Shown piece by piece: positions 46,712 to 60,630 of a stretch of 64,000 bases of DNA. This stretch comes from the human T2T-CHM13v2.0 reference genome, Homo sapiens. The first letter of the stretch is position 1. Every line of letters begins with the position of its first letter. The notes below the pieces were generated by a model. That model was not told where the DNA came from and made no database searches. It saw only the letters and a program-made list of their open reading frames with translations. The translations under genes and the position numbers were made by a program. The stretch is from NCBI RefSeq assembly GCF_009914755.1, contig NC_060941.1; one strand, given 5' to 3'.

Positions 46712-48930
46712 GATTTTTCATATTCTGTATAAGGCTGTTTTCAGATTCTATGAAAAGCGCTGGGTGAAGCCAACATTTAACCTATCCCTGTTCCTCTTCA
46801 TCTGTTCTATTCATCACCCAACTTTCCAGCCTGACCCGTACCAATCTGTGAGTTTGTGCCTGGTATTTTGAATGCTTGACACTCCTTAACATGTGTTTGT
46901 AACCTTGTGGCTGGGCTTGTTCACCTGAATCCGATTTTCTGTTTCTGGTTTGAATTGTGGTTGTTCCCTGGAACCAAATCTCTCTGCTTCTGACATTAGT
47001 GCAGCAACCTAGTCTTTCCTTCCTACTTTTGTCCTTTTTTTTTTTTTTTTTTTTTTTTTTGCTTGGCTTCAGCGTTTTCACCTTGGATGTGTCTGATCCC
47101 AAAGCATCCTGCTGTTGCTCAACAGTAGGAATTGCCCAAACTTAGTTCTTAACAGATTCTGATAATAAAGTTGAACAGCATCCGCAAATTATTGGCTTTC
47201 TAAAATCCTAATTCCTTTTGGGTCCGAAAATAGGATGGCATGTGTCATAAAAAAATAGGTAGCATTTTCTTATTTATAACTTTGCTTTCTTTTTTCAGGC
47301 CACATTTAATGCTGGATGACTGAGTGTGGCATGGTTGTCCAGGAAGTGTTTGTTCGAGTGAGCGATTCTGTGATGCTGGGATGATTCAGTTTGTTTGTCA
47401 TTGAAATGTTCATTTCATCCAAGACCGAAAAATAGCCCATAAAAGAGCATTCAGATTTCCCTTATGCTTCACTTTAAGGGCAGCAGGTTCTCTTTGGCCT
47501 GCTAGGTTGGAAGATGATAAGCATTGCTGAAGTTGAATGTCACTGACATATAAAGACTTGTCAAAGGATAGCTCAAGTATACCTAGAAAATGATCAAATA
47601 TTAGAGCCGAGGAAACTCAGAGAACATTTTCCAACCAGCTCCATTTAATAGACAAGGATGTGAAAGTGTAGACTGATGAAGGAAGTTGCTCAGGATTCAA
47701 CCCACAGCTGGCTGATAAGGACCTGGGGCCAAGTCAGACTTTCATAGTCACAAAATGGTGTATAGCCAGTTGCTTTCCACTGCCTTTCTTTACGCATTAA
47801 TGGGACCTCACTTTACAATCAACAAGAGGACAAAGAGCAGAGCACCATTTTTTAAGAAATTGCGATTGCCTTACTCAGTTTCATTGGCTCATAAGGGATC
47901 CTTTGCCTTCTTGGGTGCAGTGACCAAGACTGGGTAGTCCCTGAGCCCACATGTCCATGGGCAGGGGTCATGGGGATGTCAAGGGCTTTCTCTTGCTCTG
48001 GCAAAGTTCACCTCTCCATTGGCCTCCACATCACCATGGGGTGGAGTGGAGAGAGGGCCCAGGGGCTCCAGAAAGAGAGTCTCACCCTCCTTTTTCCATT
48101 CCCTTGGCACCAGCACTCACAGCCTGATCTCCCGCTGATGTCCACCTGGAGTCACCAGGATTGATCCTCGTCTACCTGGGTCCACATAGACTGCCAAGAC
48201 TCGTGCCCCAAAACCTTAACAAGCACAGGTATTTTGTGTTCACTGCTGTGCCTCTAGGGCCTAGGTCAGTTCCTGGTACGTAGCAGGTGCTCAGTAAGTA
48301 TTTGGTGAATGAATGAATGAGGACCTGGCTGAGGATAGAAGCCTCTTGGAATCACTGAGTGTCATGCATATAACAGGCAGGCTAGGACCCACAAGAACAT
48401 CACAGACCTGGACTGTACTTCCCACGTTGACTTTGAACAGTGGGTCAACTTTTGGGAGTCATTTCTGCTGTCCTCATTGGTAAAATGAGAATAAGATGCT
48501 ATGATCTGTAGAGTCCGTTTCAGCTTTAAATTTGTGGTTCTGTGCTCCTCAAGCATCAGCAGAATGTGACTTGGAACAGCTTTGTCAGCATCAGACGTAG
48601 CAGTGTTTATTCCCCGGGTCCTGCCTGTCAGCCATGTGGCCTGCCCACGTAAAGGCTGGCACCTCCGCTGTGGCCTCTCCCTGCATCTCCCACGTGCAGT
48701 TGGCCCAGTCTCTGTCCGTTGGAATTAGCTTGAGTTGGTTATAATAGGAACATCCCAAACTGTACAGCTGTAAACCAAATAGAAGTCTTGAAAAAAATCA
48801 GAGGCTTATTTTTCATTTACAGAGAAGTCTAAAAGGTAGGAAAGCTGTGCTTGCCGTCGAGGACCCACTGTCATCACACCCTCCTTCTCCCTCACTGCTC
48901 CATGACACATGGGCCATTATCTTTACTTTC

Positions 48931-49200
48931 TCTTCTTTTTTTTTTCTCTTGAGATGGAGTTTTGCTCTTGTTGCCCAGGCTGGAGTACAATGGCGTGATC
49001 TCGGCTCACCACAACCTCCGTCCGGTTGTAGCTGGGATTACAGGCATGCGCCACCACGCCCAGCTAAGTTGGTATTTTTAGTAGAGAAACGGTTTCACCA
49101 TGTTAGTCATGGCTGGTCTCGAACTCCTGACCTCAGGTGATCCACCTGCCTCGGCCTCCCAAAGTGCTGGGATTACAGGCGTGAGCCACTGCGCCTGGCC
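48931..49200 (-). mobile_element. AluSp-like with an internal right-arm deletion
   Basis: acaacctccgtccggttgtagctggg joins non-adjacent Alu positions. TSD tctttactttct. Confidence 0.88.
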
Positions 49201-49579
49201 TGTCTTTACTTTCTAAATAGGAGAAGGAAGAGGCTGTGTCTCCACTCCCCTAACTGAGGAAGACTTTCCAGAAATCAAGTCATGAACGCTTTTGTGTTCA
49301 TCTCATCGGCCCAAAATAGAGACGATGGCCGCATCTGAGTCGAAAGGAGGCCAGGGAATATAATCGTTTGGTGGAATGTTAGTGTGCTCTGCTGAAAATC
49401 AGTTGGTATAAAAATGAGCTTGTCCTATTGATTTCCTTGTGCTGTCTTTATTTCGCTCTGGTTTGAAGGGTTTAGGAATGAATTGAGCTCCACCTCAAGG
49501 GTTCTTGGAGTCATTTGAGTGGATGAGGCTGAAATGACCCATTTGTTCCTTGTCTGGGTGCAAAGCTTGCCTGCAAGGC

Positions 49580-49698
49580 TATCTGAACCTTATCAGATAA
49601 GGTTCAAATAAGGTTAAAGTCTATCCCACACAAAACCACCCTCCCCTAAGATTAGGCAAAACGATAGGGAGGGTGGTTTTGTGTGGGATAGATTTTAA
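49580..49698. repeat. Two adjacent near-perfect inverted repeats (15-bp arms/1-nt spacer; 32-bp arms/21-nt spacer)
   Basis: tatctgaaccttatc-a-gataaggttcaaata, then ttaaagtctatcccacacaaaaccaccctccc...gggagggtggttttgtgtgggatagattttaa. Confidence 0.95.
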
Positions 49699-50014
49699 AT
49701 GCTGATTAAACACATTTCACCACTAAATCTTCACTTTTGAAGCTTTTTTTTTTTTTTTTTTGGTCAGTTTGAGCAATTTTTATGTTTCTGGAGATTTAAA
49801 CCAAAAAACTCTTCGTTTTCGTTTCCAGTACTTGTCATTTGTGCCTTTGTTTGGTTTTTCTTGATTAGTTTTCCCAGGGGCTTGTCTATTTTATGTTTTT
49901 TTGAAGAACCTCTATTAGTTTTCATTAAATCCCTCTATTGCTTATATCTTTTGTATTTATATGAAAATATACATATATTTCTTGTTTTCTATTCTCTTTG
50001 GTTTGTTTGCTGTG

Positions 50015-50305
<291 letters not shown>

Positions 50306-50429
50306 TTGTTTGCTGTGTTTAAAAAAAGTTGTTTTGTTTTTTGAGGGAGAAATTAGTATAGATTGCATGGTCAGGTGGATTTTTTAAAGAGGAACATAAG
50401 AGCAAGATATTCGAAGTGTGAGGAACGGT

Positions 50430-50765
50430 ATTTGTGACAGGGTTCTCTAGAGGGACAGGACTGATAGGATAGATGTATATATGAAAGGAAGTTTATTAGG
50501 GAGTATCAACTCACGTGATCACAAGGTGAAGTCCCACAATAGGCTGTCTGCAAGCTAAGGAGCAAGGAAGCCAGTCTGAGTCCCGAATACAGCCTTCACT
50601 CTGTGGCCAAAGGCCTGAGAGCCCCTGGCAAACCACTGGTCTAGGTCCAGCAGTCCAAAAGCTGAAGAACTTGGAGTCTGATGTTCGAGGGCAGGAAGCC
50701 TCCAGCACGGGAGAAGGATGGAGGCCAGAAGACTCAGCAAATATCACTCAATATTAACCATCACA
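50430..50765 (-). mobile_element. MLT2A-like ERVL LTR, internally deleted
   Basis: agggttctctagagggacagga...gtcccacaataggctgtctgcaagc...tcaatattaaccatcaca. Confidence 0.82.
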
Positions 50766-52142
50766 GTACTTCACTTAGGAAGTATTTTGAGGCATCATCT
50801 ACATTTATAGCATATTAGACACTGAAGGACCGAAACGTGTCATGAAATGCCCACGTCCCAGAGCCCCTGATCTACAGAAGGAGGTGGGGACAAAACATGT
50901 ACTGCTAGAGTAGAGTGGAGAAAACAAAAAATAGAATGAATGAACATCGAGAAGGCAGAGGTGAATCGTTTGCAAGAAAGGTTTGGCAGTCACAGAGGAC
51001 AGAAAGGTAAATGTGAGGACAGCAAGAATGAGGGAGCTGGAGGCACTGGGGCAGGAGCGAGGCGTCCTATCAGAAACTGTTTTTATCACTGACTGTTCAG
51101 TCCTTCATGTCAGCTAGATGTTCTCAACTACCCAAATCCACTGTAGATAAAATTCTTCAAGACATGACAGAGTTAACTCGCATTTTCTCTGTTATCAGGG
51201 CGGCTTTTGTTACATGGTTGCAAACCTGTTCTACACACCTGCTTTGCCACCTTCACTTCCTGACAATTTCTGATTTCCACTTCAGCTTCTGGAGCATTCT
51301 GTCTCCTGCCCTTCCTTTTCCCTTCTTCCTAGTGGACTCTTCATTTACCTCTGCCTGGCTTCTAATCTGCCTCTTGTCCCAATTCCCCATTTCCATGTGT
51401 TCTGGCCCCAGCTCATTCTGTTCCCGCAGACCTGATTTCTCACCTTATTTCCTGTTGATTCCTTCTCAGCTGTAGCAGGCATGCCTCAGTCTCCCCAAGG
51501 CAGGCTGCCTTGTGGCTTGGCAGAACAAAAGGCAGGTGGGGAGGAGGCTGGATTTAGAAACAAGTGCCGTGTCTCCTGGTGGTGATGAGTAGCCTTGCAA
51601 GAGCCCTTCCCAGATGACCTCAGTCCAGATGGAGATGGCACAGGAGGGTGCAGGAAGAAAACTGCAGTTTCAAACAGCTTCTGTAGGCACACCAAGCAGG
51701 GAGAATTAGCACTGCTAGCTACTTATGAACAGGGATGGCATAAGGTTGGCTTGTACTGAGAGTGGCCTGATCTGTTGTGGTCTTTTTTTCCCCAAAGCGT
51801 ACCATACCCCTGAACTAAGTTAGAATGATATCATATAGAGAGAGTTTCTAACCATTTTTCCCCCCTTTGACAATATTATGACAGGTATGCAGAAAGATTA
51901 ATGTGTAAGATGTTGATGGGTACATCATTTACAACAGTGAACCACTGGAAACAAATGTCCACTGGAGAAGATAAAAGAATGATGATACAGTTAGTGGTTT
52001 CTGACACAACTAATAAAGAAAGTGAGGTGGACCTACAAGTAGATGCATAGAAAGATCTCTGAGACATGCTCTATGGAAGACATCAGGTCACAGAACAGTG
52101 CAGAGGATATGAACCCGTTATGCCAAAAAGAAACAGTGTCTT

Positions 52143-52450
52143 GGCTGAGCGCGGTGGCTCATGCCTGTAATCCCAGCACTTTGGAAGGCTGAGGCGGGCG
52201 GATCACCTTAGGTTGGGAGCTCGAGACCAGTCTGACCAACATGGAGAAACCTCGTCTCTACTAAAAATACAAAATTAGCCAGGCGTGGTGGCGCATGCCT
52301 GTAATCTCAGCTACTTGGGAGGCCGAGGCCGCAGAATCGCTTGAACCCAGGAGGCGGAGGTTGCGGTGAGCCGAGATCATGCCATTGTACTCCAGCCTGG
52401 GCAACAAGAGCAAAACTCTGTCTCAAAAAAAAAAAAAAAAAAAAAAAAGA
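52143..52450 (+). mobile_element. AluSp-like
   Basis: tgaccaacatggagaaac and gttgcggtgagcc. TSD aaaga(a/g)cagtgtct. Confidence 0.9.
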
Positions 52451-54693
52451 AGCAGTGTCTCTATGTCCACACATGTCTGTATATGTATATAGATATATAT
52501 AGAAAGGACAGGAAGGGGAGGCTTTAGGATTACTTTAGGTGTTCAGCAGTAGAAGACCACCTTGCACACTGGGTGGGTAAAAGAAATCTGCTCAGCATTG
52601 TTCTTTCATATTTCACCTCGAGCTTTATAAACCCTGCCAGAGGAAGATCTCTGGGGCCAGGAGTTCAAGACCAACCTGGGCAACATAGTGAGACCCCCAT
52701 CTCTAAAGATAATAAATAAATAAACAAACAAACAAATAAACCCTACAATGGACCTTTGCAAAGAGAAATTAGTCCTTTGTTGTGTAAGTTGCAAATATTT
52801 TCTTCCAGTCTATTGTTTGTCATTTATTATAATACCATTTATCTTGTAGCAATGTAAGAAAATTGTGTCAGGAAGTCTTTCTTTTTTTCATTACAATTTC
52901 TAAATTTGGAGTCCTGCTTGGGAAGGCCTTTCTCACCATAAGATTCTACATTATCTTCATTTTCTTCCCCTGATGTTTTTTTCAGCATTTTATTTTTTTT
53001 TACAACTAATTTAATTCATTTCCTATTTATTTTTCTGGGTGGGTGGTCAGAGTAATGGAACATATCCAAATGGATATCCAATTGCCCCAAAACTATTTAT
53101 TGAATAACCAATGGACCCAGTTATATTTATTCCCAATTCCCATACTTCTTTGGACTGTTTATTAAAATTTGTCTAAAATTGAGTGTCTGTCTACAGAAGT
53201 CCAATTAAGTGAGCGATTAATGTTGAAGATTTGAGAAACACTTGTGTGATGAAGTGTCTAGCAGAGCTCTGGCACTAAATGGAAGATGTTATTGTAACAC
53301 AGAAACAAAAATAACAGAGACAGTGTGGATATAAGGCTTTGAAATGCGTTGGGCAGGGTGTCTGGATAAAAAAGTCATGCTTGTGGTCGAGCTCCAGGTA
53401 AGGCCCTGGATTGCAAAAGGCAAAACAACACAAAACCCTCAATCTGCTTTAAGAAAAAGTAAGCTTCTTAAAAGGACTCAGCAGTAGACATTCTTAGTGA
53501 TGCTACACCCTAATGATAGCCGGTATCCCCGCAATGGGAGATAAACCACTGTTGGGAGCCAAGGCTTCTCCATAGCTGAGGGGCCACATCTCCTATTTTC
53601 TTCTGTCTTTCTGTCCTCACCACCTGTATTCCTGTAGATTTTTCTGTAGATGGTCCATTGAAGCCACTGGCCCTTACAGGTCTAGCCCCACTAACTGTCC
53701 TCTCCTATTTTAAAATCCCAGGGGAATCTAGTAAACTGTGCATCCTACCTTGTTCAATCAACTCTGGCTTCAGGGATGAGAGTTGTCACATTGTCTCTGG
53801 GGTGGCTGCTTCCAGAGGTTTTAGGGCAGATGAATCTCAAGTCTGTTGAGCATGGCAGATAAATACCCTTCTTCTCTGCTTCCCTACAGGTAGGCTTAGA
53901 GCAATAATTTTCTACTATTTTTTAAAAGCAGTATGACTATATGTAGGAAAATATCGGAAGTTGGTCCTAGGCAATTGTGAAATAAGGGAAGTTTATTTTT
54001 GCATGCCTGTCCTCACTATCTTTCCCCATAGAAGTTTTTATTTGGGGATTGCCTGCATTTCTAAACTTTTGAAAGGCTGTTATAACATACGGGTTATGAA
54101 AGTGACCTCTGAGGTCAGACTGGGTTCCTAATCTGCTTCTCCAAGCTTTGTGACCTTGGACAAGTTTTGTAAGCTTGCCAAAACCTCAATTTCCCCATCA
54201 ATAATATGATGTTATTAATAGTCCTGACCTCAGGGGTTGTTGTGAAAGTTAAATGAATGTCGAGCTTTAACAATCTGATGCTTAGTGAAAGCTTAATGTT
54301 TGTTTTGGTGCTTTCTAATGAATAAAGACCCTGATCATGATAATGCATTCTTGTTGCTCTTTCTGTGTATCCCTGTCCTTTCCCACATTTTGAGATTTAC
54401 TTTCTGTAGTTTGTATTCTGAAAATAATATGTCATTAGAAGTATAATGAACATACTTTTTTCAAGCAAAATTTCTCTCTTCCCACCTCTTGCCACATTTT
54501 AGATATATATAAATTGCCTCAGCACTTTAAACCTCAATGACATGTTGCTAATTAGTGCAAAGCCATTAATCATCATACAGACCTCTGTTCCAAGTCCCTG
54601 GCAATCCACTTTCATCTCCTTCTCCTGGGTGCTTGTTCATGTGCAAGGATCTGGTTAAATCCTTCCTGCTTAGGCCGAAGTGGCTGATGAGGT

Positions 54694-55070
54694 CTGCGTT
54701 AGTTCATTTTCTGTTGCTTTAACTGAACACCACAGACTGGGTATTTTATAAAGAATAAAGAGGGTAATTTATAAAGAATAGAGGTTGATTTAGCTCATGG
54801 TTCTGGAGGCTGGGAAGTCTAAGAGCATGGAACTAGCATCTGGTGAGGCCCTTCATGCTGTGTCATAACATGGCAGAGGGTGTTACATGCAAGAGAGCAA
54901 GAGTGTGCATGTCAGCTCAAGACACTCTTCCTCATCTTATAAAGCCACCAGTCCTATCATGGGAGCCCCATCCTGATGACCTTATCTAGTCCTAATTATC
55001 TCCCAGAGGCCCCACCTCCAATCAACATAATGAATTTGGGAATTAAGTTTCCAGCACATGAAAGTTGGGG
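54694..55070 (-). mobile_element. MST-like MaLR solo LTR with an internal ~23-bp tandem duplication
   Basis: ttagttcattttctgttgc...gggta(t/a)tttataaagaata twice...aattaagtttccagcacatgaa. Confidence 0.78.
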
Positions 55071-55231
55071 AAGAAAAAGATGGCCTTCCCATGCAGTTGT
55101 CCTGGTGAAGTTATTCTATTATGGTAGAATAGCTTGGAGCTAGATGTCTTTTATAGGAAATGACTAGTGACCGTATTTTCCATAACAGGATACCCCAACC
55201 ACCACAAACTTTATTGCTTCGGTTGCCCATG

Positions 55232-55270
<39 letters not shown>

Positions 55271-56060
55271 TATCCTGCCCCATTCCAAAGGGGACTTGCA
55301 GATTTAGTTAGCAGATATCACTAGGTGTTGCTAAAGATTATGTCTGATTTGGGACAAGATCTGCTTTTGGGGACTTGGATCACTAATAAGCTAGACCACC
55401 TTAGCCACTATTAGTGGCTTGAGGATTGGCTGCCACTAATCCTGCTCATCCCCTTACCACTGATACTCTTGTGCAAGGAACCCAGTAGGTTCTTGTATAT
55501 GTATATTTTGAGATACCAGCATTTACTCGCAGTTGGAAGGAAGAACAGGACTAAGTCTTATGCCAAGTCTGTAGTAAGCCTTTGGCTACGTATTAGTCCA
55601 TAGTGTGTGGGCACAGAAATCCTGTGAATGGAAAGTTCCAACCACGTCTGCTATTCTGAAGACACCCAGGTCAGCCAAATATGGGAACTGTGTATATAGC
55701 AACCCCATCTCCTTCCCTTTCTTTACCTACCCTGCCCTCTGTTAGTCATGTGGACTCTAAAATCCTCCAACCACACCCCTACTCACTGTCACCTCAGTTA
55801 CCTGGGATGGATGATTAAGAAAGTCTGCAGATTACTGGCTGCAGTTGTGACCACATTGGCTTGGATCTTGCAGGTGTGCAAGGATTCTTTTGTATCTGTA
55901 AGCATGAGGTCAGACTAAATCAACCTTCTCAGGCCCTTTTCAAAAAGTTTAAGTCCACAGCCTTATCTGGGCATTTTGGGTTTTACCTTGAAAGTAGCAA
56001 AAGGGGGCAAATTAGGATAAACTAAAGAAAAATAACTCCCAGGGATAGGAAGCTCTTACA

Positions 56061-56864
56061 GGTTTGTGGGCTGAATTGTATCTCCCCTAGAAGATGTTGA
56101 GGACCTAATCCCCCAGTATCTGTGGATGTGAGCTTATTTGGAAACAAGGTCTGTGCAGATGACTAAATTAAGATGAGGCCATTAGAGTGGGCCTTTGTAT
56201 TAGTACATTTTCATGCTGCTTATAAAGACATACCCAAGACTGGATAATTTATAAAGAAAAAGAGGTTTAGTGGACTCACAGTTCCACATGGCTGGGGAGG
56301 CCTCACAGTCATGGTGGAAGGTGAAAGGCACGTCTTACATGGTGGCAGGCAAGAGAGAATGAGAGCCAAGTGAAAGGGGAAACCCCTTATAAACCATCAG
56401 ATCTCATGAGACTTACTACCACGAGAACAGTATAGGGAAAACTGCCCCCCATGATTCAATTCTCTCCCACTGGGTCCCTCCCACAGTGAATGGGAATTAT
56501 GGGAGCTACAATTCAAGATGAGATTTGGGTGGGGACACAGCCAGACCATATCAGCTTTAATCCAATATGACTGTGGATCCTTATAAAAATGGGATATTTG
56601 GACACAGAGACAGACATGTGCTGTGAGAAGATGACGTGACAACATAAGGAGAATGCCATCTACGAGCCAAGGAATGCTTGCAGCCACCACGAGCTAGGCG
56701 AGAGGCCTGGGACAGATTCTCCCTCACAGCCCTTGGAAGAACCAACCCTGCTGACACCTTGAATGTAGACTTCTGGGCTGCCAAACTGTGTGGCAATAAA
56801 TTTCTGTTATTTAAGCCACCTAGCATGTGGTACTTCATTATGGCAGCCATAGGGAACTAATACA
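56061..56864 (+). mobile_element. MLT1B-like LTR interrupted by a THE1 LTR
   Basis: gggctgaattgtatctccc...aataaatttctgttatttaagccacc...ggaactaataca. Confidence 0.82.
56196..56553 (-). mobile_element. THE1B/C solo LTR
   Basis: tgtattagtacattttcatgctgct...gggtggggacacagccagaccatatca. TSD gcctt/gcttt. Confidence 0.9.
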
Positions 56865-57128
56865 GGAGCCTTTTATAAGTCCTAGATCTGCCCCCTTTTT
56901 CCTGGCATGAACCCGTTTCTCCATCAGTCAGTGTGAAAAGCCATCTTCTCATCATCACTTAAGATTTCGAGTTTGCTTTACTGCCCACATTTTGGTTTGG
57001 CGCTGGGGCCTAAAGATTGTTTCCTGACTCTTCTGTTATTCTCTCTTAATATTTCCTGAGATGTCTCATTGTTATTCTTGTTGAGTCATATCTGCCATCT
57101 TTTGCTGTTCTATAAATGTACCCAGGAC

Positions 57129-57664
57129 TTGTTTGGAGCAGGTATAATACACACAGATGCAAAAACGATTGCCAGGAAGGAAGAAGTGTTTTATTACATT
57201 CGCAGTCGCCAAGAAACAGTAAGCACATGAGCCCATTCAGGGCCACACGGGAAAGCACCAAAGCCACATGAGCAGGCACGGAAAGAGGGAGCTGCACGCA
57301 TTAGCCTTGATTGCAGTTAACACCGAAAGGAGTGGGCAAAGCAAAGTCAACACGTGGCAGAAGTTCACTGTCAAGCTTAAATCTCTGTGGTTCATGAAAA
57401 AAAAATTTACTATGAAGCAGGCTCTGGGCTATAGGGGTGGTCCCTAGTTGTACCTGGCTCCGTGGAGATTAGGGCAGAAGAACTGCCTAGCAGAAAAGCA
57501 GACTCCTGGAGGGCTGGACTCCAAGTAGTTGGTTGGCATATCAAAGTGAGTTACTTGTTACCTCTAGGAATTAATTAATCCTGGGAGGGGCAGTTTCTTT
57601 GGTCCACAGACTCCAAATGCCACAGCATCAAGAATATAGAAAGTAGGAAAATATAATTAATACA
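57129..57664 (-). mobile_element. ERVL-type LTR (MER68/76/77-like)
   Basis: Ends ctctaggaattaattaatcctgggaggggcagt...gcatcaagaatatagaaagtaggaaaatataattaataca. Confidence 0.62.
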
Positions 57665-58301
57665 TTGACATTATCCAGCTGTTCAGTTTTATATAGCTAT
57701 TCTTCCCTCCCCACTTCAATTTATACTTTAAAGAATTCCTTATAAGGTCAACAAGGCTCCTGACAATAGCATTTGCGATATACCCTCTTGTCTCTTGTCA
57801 GATAACTGTCTGGAAAGTGCAGGCTTGTTATATAGCACCCTCTATCCATGGATTTTGGCTGTTCCATTTATTGGTGTTTCCTCTTTCTTCAAAAGCTGTG
57901 ACCTTCAGAGGGAAGCAAAGTTGGAATGTCATCAGTAGCCTAAGTTTTATCTCCAGCATTTCCAGTGCTAGGCAACATGGTGAAGCTCTATCTCTACAAT
58001 ATCTACAGATACATCTATTGATATATCCAGGGTTTTTTCTGGCCCTCTCATTTGTCCTCATATAGATTGGATATCTTTTTTATTTTCCTGCTTATTTTCC
58101 ATTCCCCATTTCTCTGGTTATAGCCCCTGGTTTTCTTCAAGGAGCTATCCCTTCCCTACTCTTGAGCCGTGTGGTGTAAGTGGGACTAACTTCACCCTTT
58201 GATTCAGGGAAGGGATGTGACTTGGGTCTAGCCAAAATCATTGATTCACGCAGAGCAGGTGAATCAAATTGGACCAATCGGTATATGGTTTTTTTCTATT
58301 C

Positions 58302-58735
58302 TTTTTTTTTTTTTTTTTTTTTTGAGACAAGGTCTTGCTCTGTCACTCTTGGTGCAGTGGTATGATCTCAACTCACTGCAACCTCCACCTCCAGGGTTCA
58401 AGTGATTCTTGTGCCTCAGCCTCCTAAGTACCTGGGACTACAGGTACGCACCACCATGCCCAGCTAACTTTTGTATTTTTGTAGAGATGGAGTTTCACCA
58501 TGTTGGCCAGGCTGGTCTCGAACTCCTGGACTCAAATGATCTGCCCACCTCGCCCTCCCAAAGTGTTGGGGTTACAGGCGTGAGCCACTGCACCTGGCTA
58601 ATTTTTGTATGTTTATAGAGGTGGAGTTCCGCCATGTTGGCCGGGGTGGTCTCAAACTCCTGAGCTCAAGCGATCTGCCTACCTTGGCCTCCCAAAGGGG
58701 TGGGGTTACAGGCGTGAGCCACCGTGTGCCTGGCC
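58302..58735 (-). mobile_element. Trimeric Alu (two left monomers plus one right monomer)
   Basis: Full antisense Alu to ~58598, directly followed by a linker and a second left arm to 58735. Confidence 0.88.
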
Positions 58736-58739
58736 ATGG

Positions 58740-59584
<845 letters not shown>

Positions 59585-60164
59585 GTCAGTGAGATTCAAC
59601 TCTGGGACCTTGGCTGGGTCCCTTGGGATTCCTGAGCAGATGGGCTTTCAACCTGAAGCTGCTGTCAGCCACCTTGGATCTGTGAGGGGAGAGTCTGCCA
59701 AAGAATGGAGTCAACCTTAAGAAAAACAGACCTGAGAGACACGGGGAGCAAGACCATGTCTCAGTGTTGTCCTTAGGGCCACTAAGGCCAGCTCTACCCT
59801 TGCACGTTTTAGTCATTGAGTCAATCAATTGACTGCCACCATCATTACATGTGTCCTCCTCCTGAGTTGGTAACGCAGGCACAACATAAATGAATTCCTC
59901 CTTCATTGTCCTTTGGAGCATAGGGGGCAGCCTTTTATCAAAAACATCTGCATTGATGACCCACAGACAGAGTGTCATGGTGGCACATTGTTCCAGTACT
60001 GGAAATTCTGCTTCTTTCTTTCCCAGGGATCATAATCTTTCAGGTTCTTACCAGGTCTTTCATCTGTGAAATGATGGGGTTGGATGTACAGAGTGTTCTT
60101 GGTATCTACATATGAATGTTCATTATACTTGCACGGGATGGCTGAGCTGGTAGAATCCTTTTTA

Positions 60165-60630
<466 letters not shown>

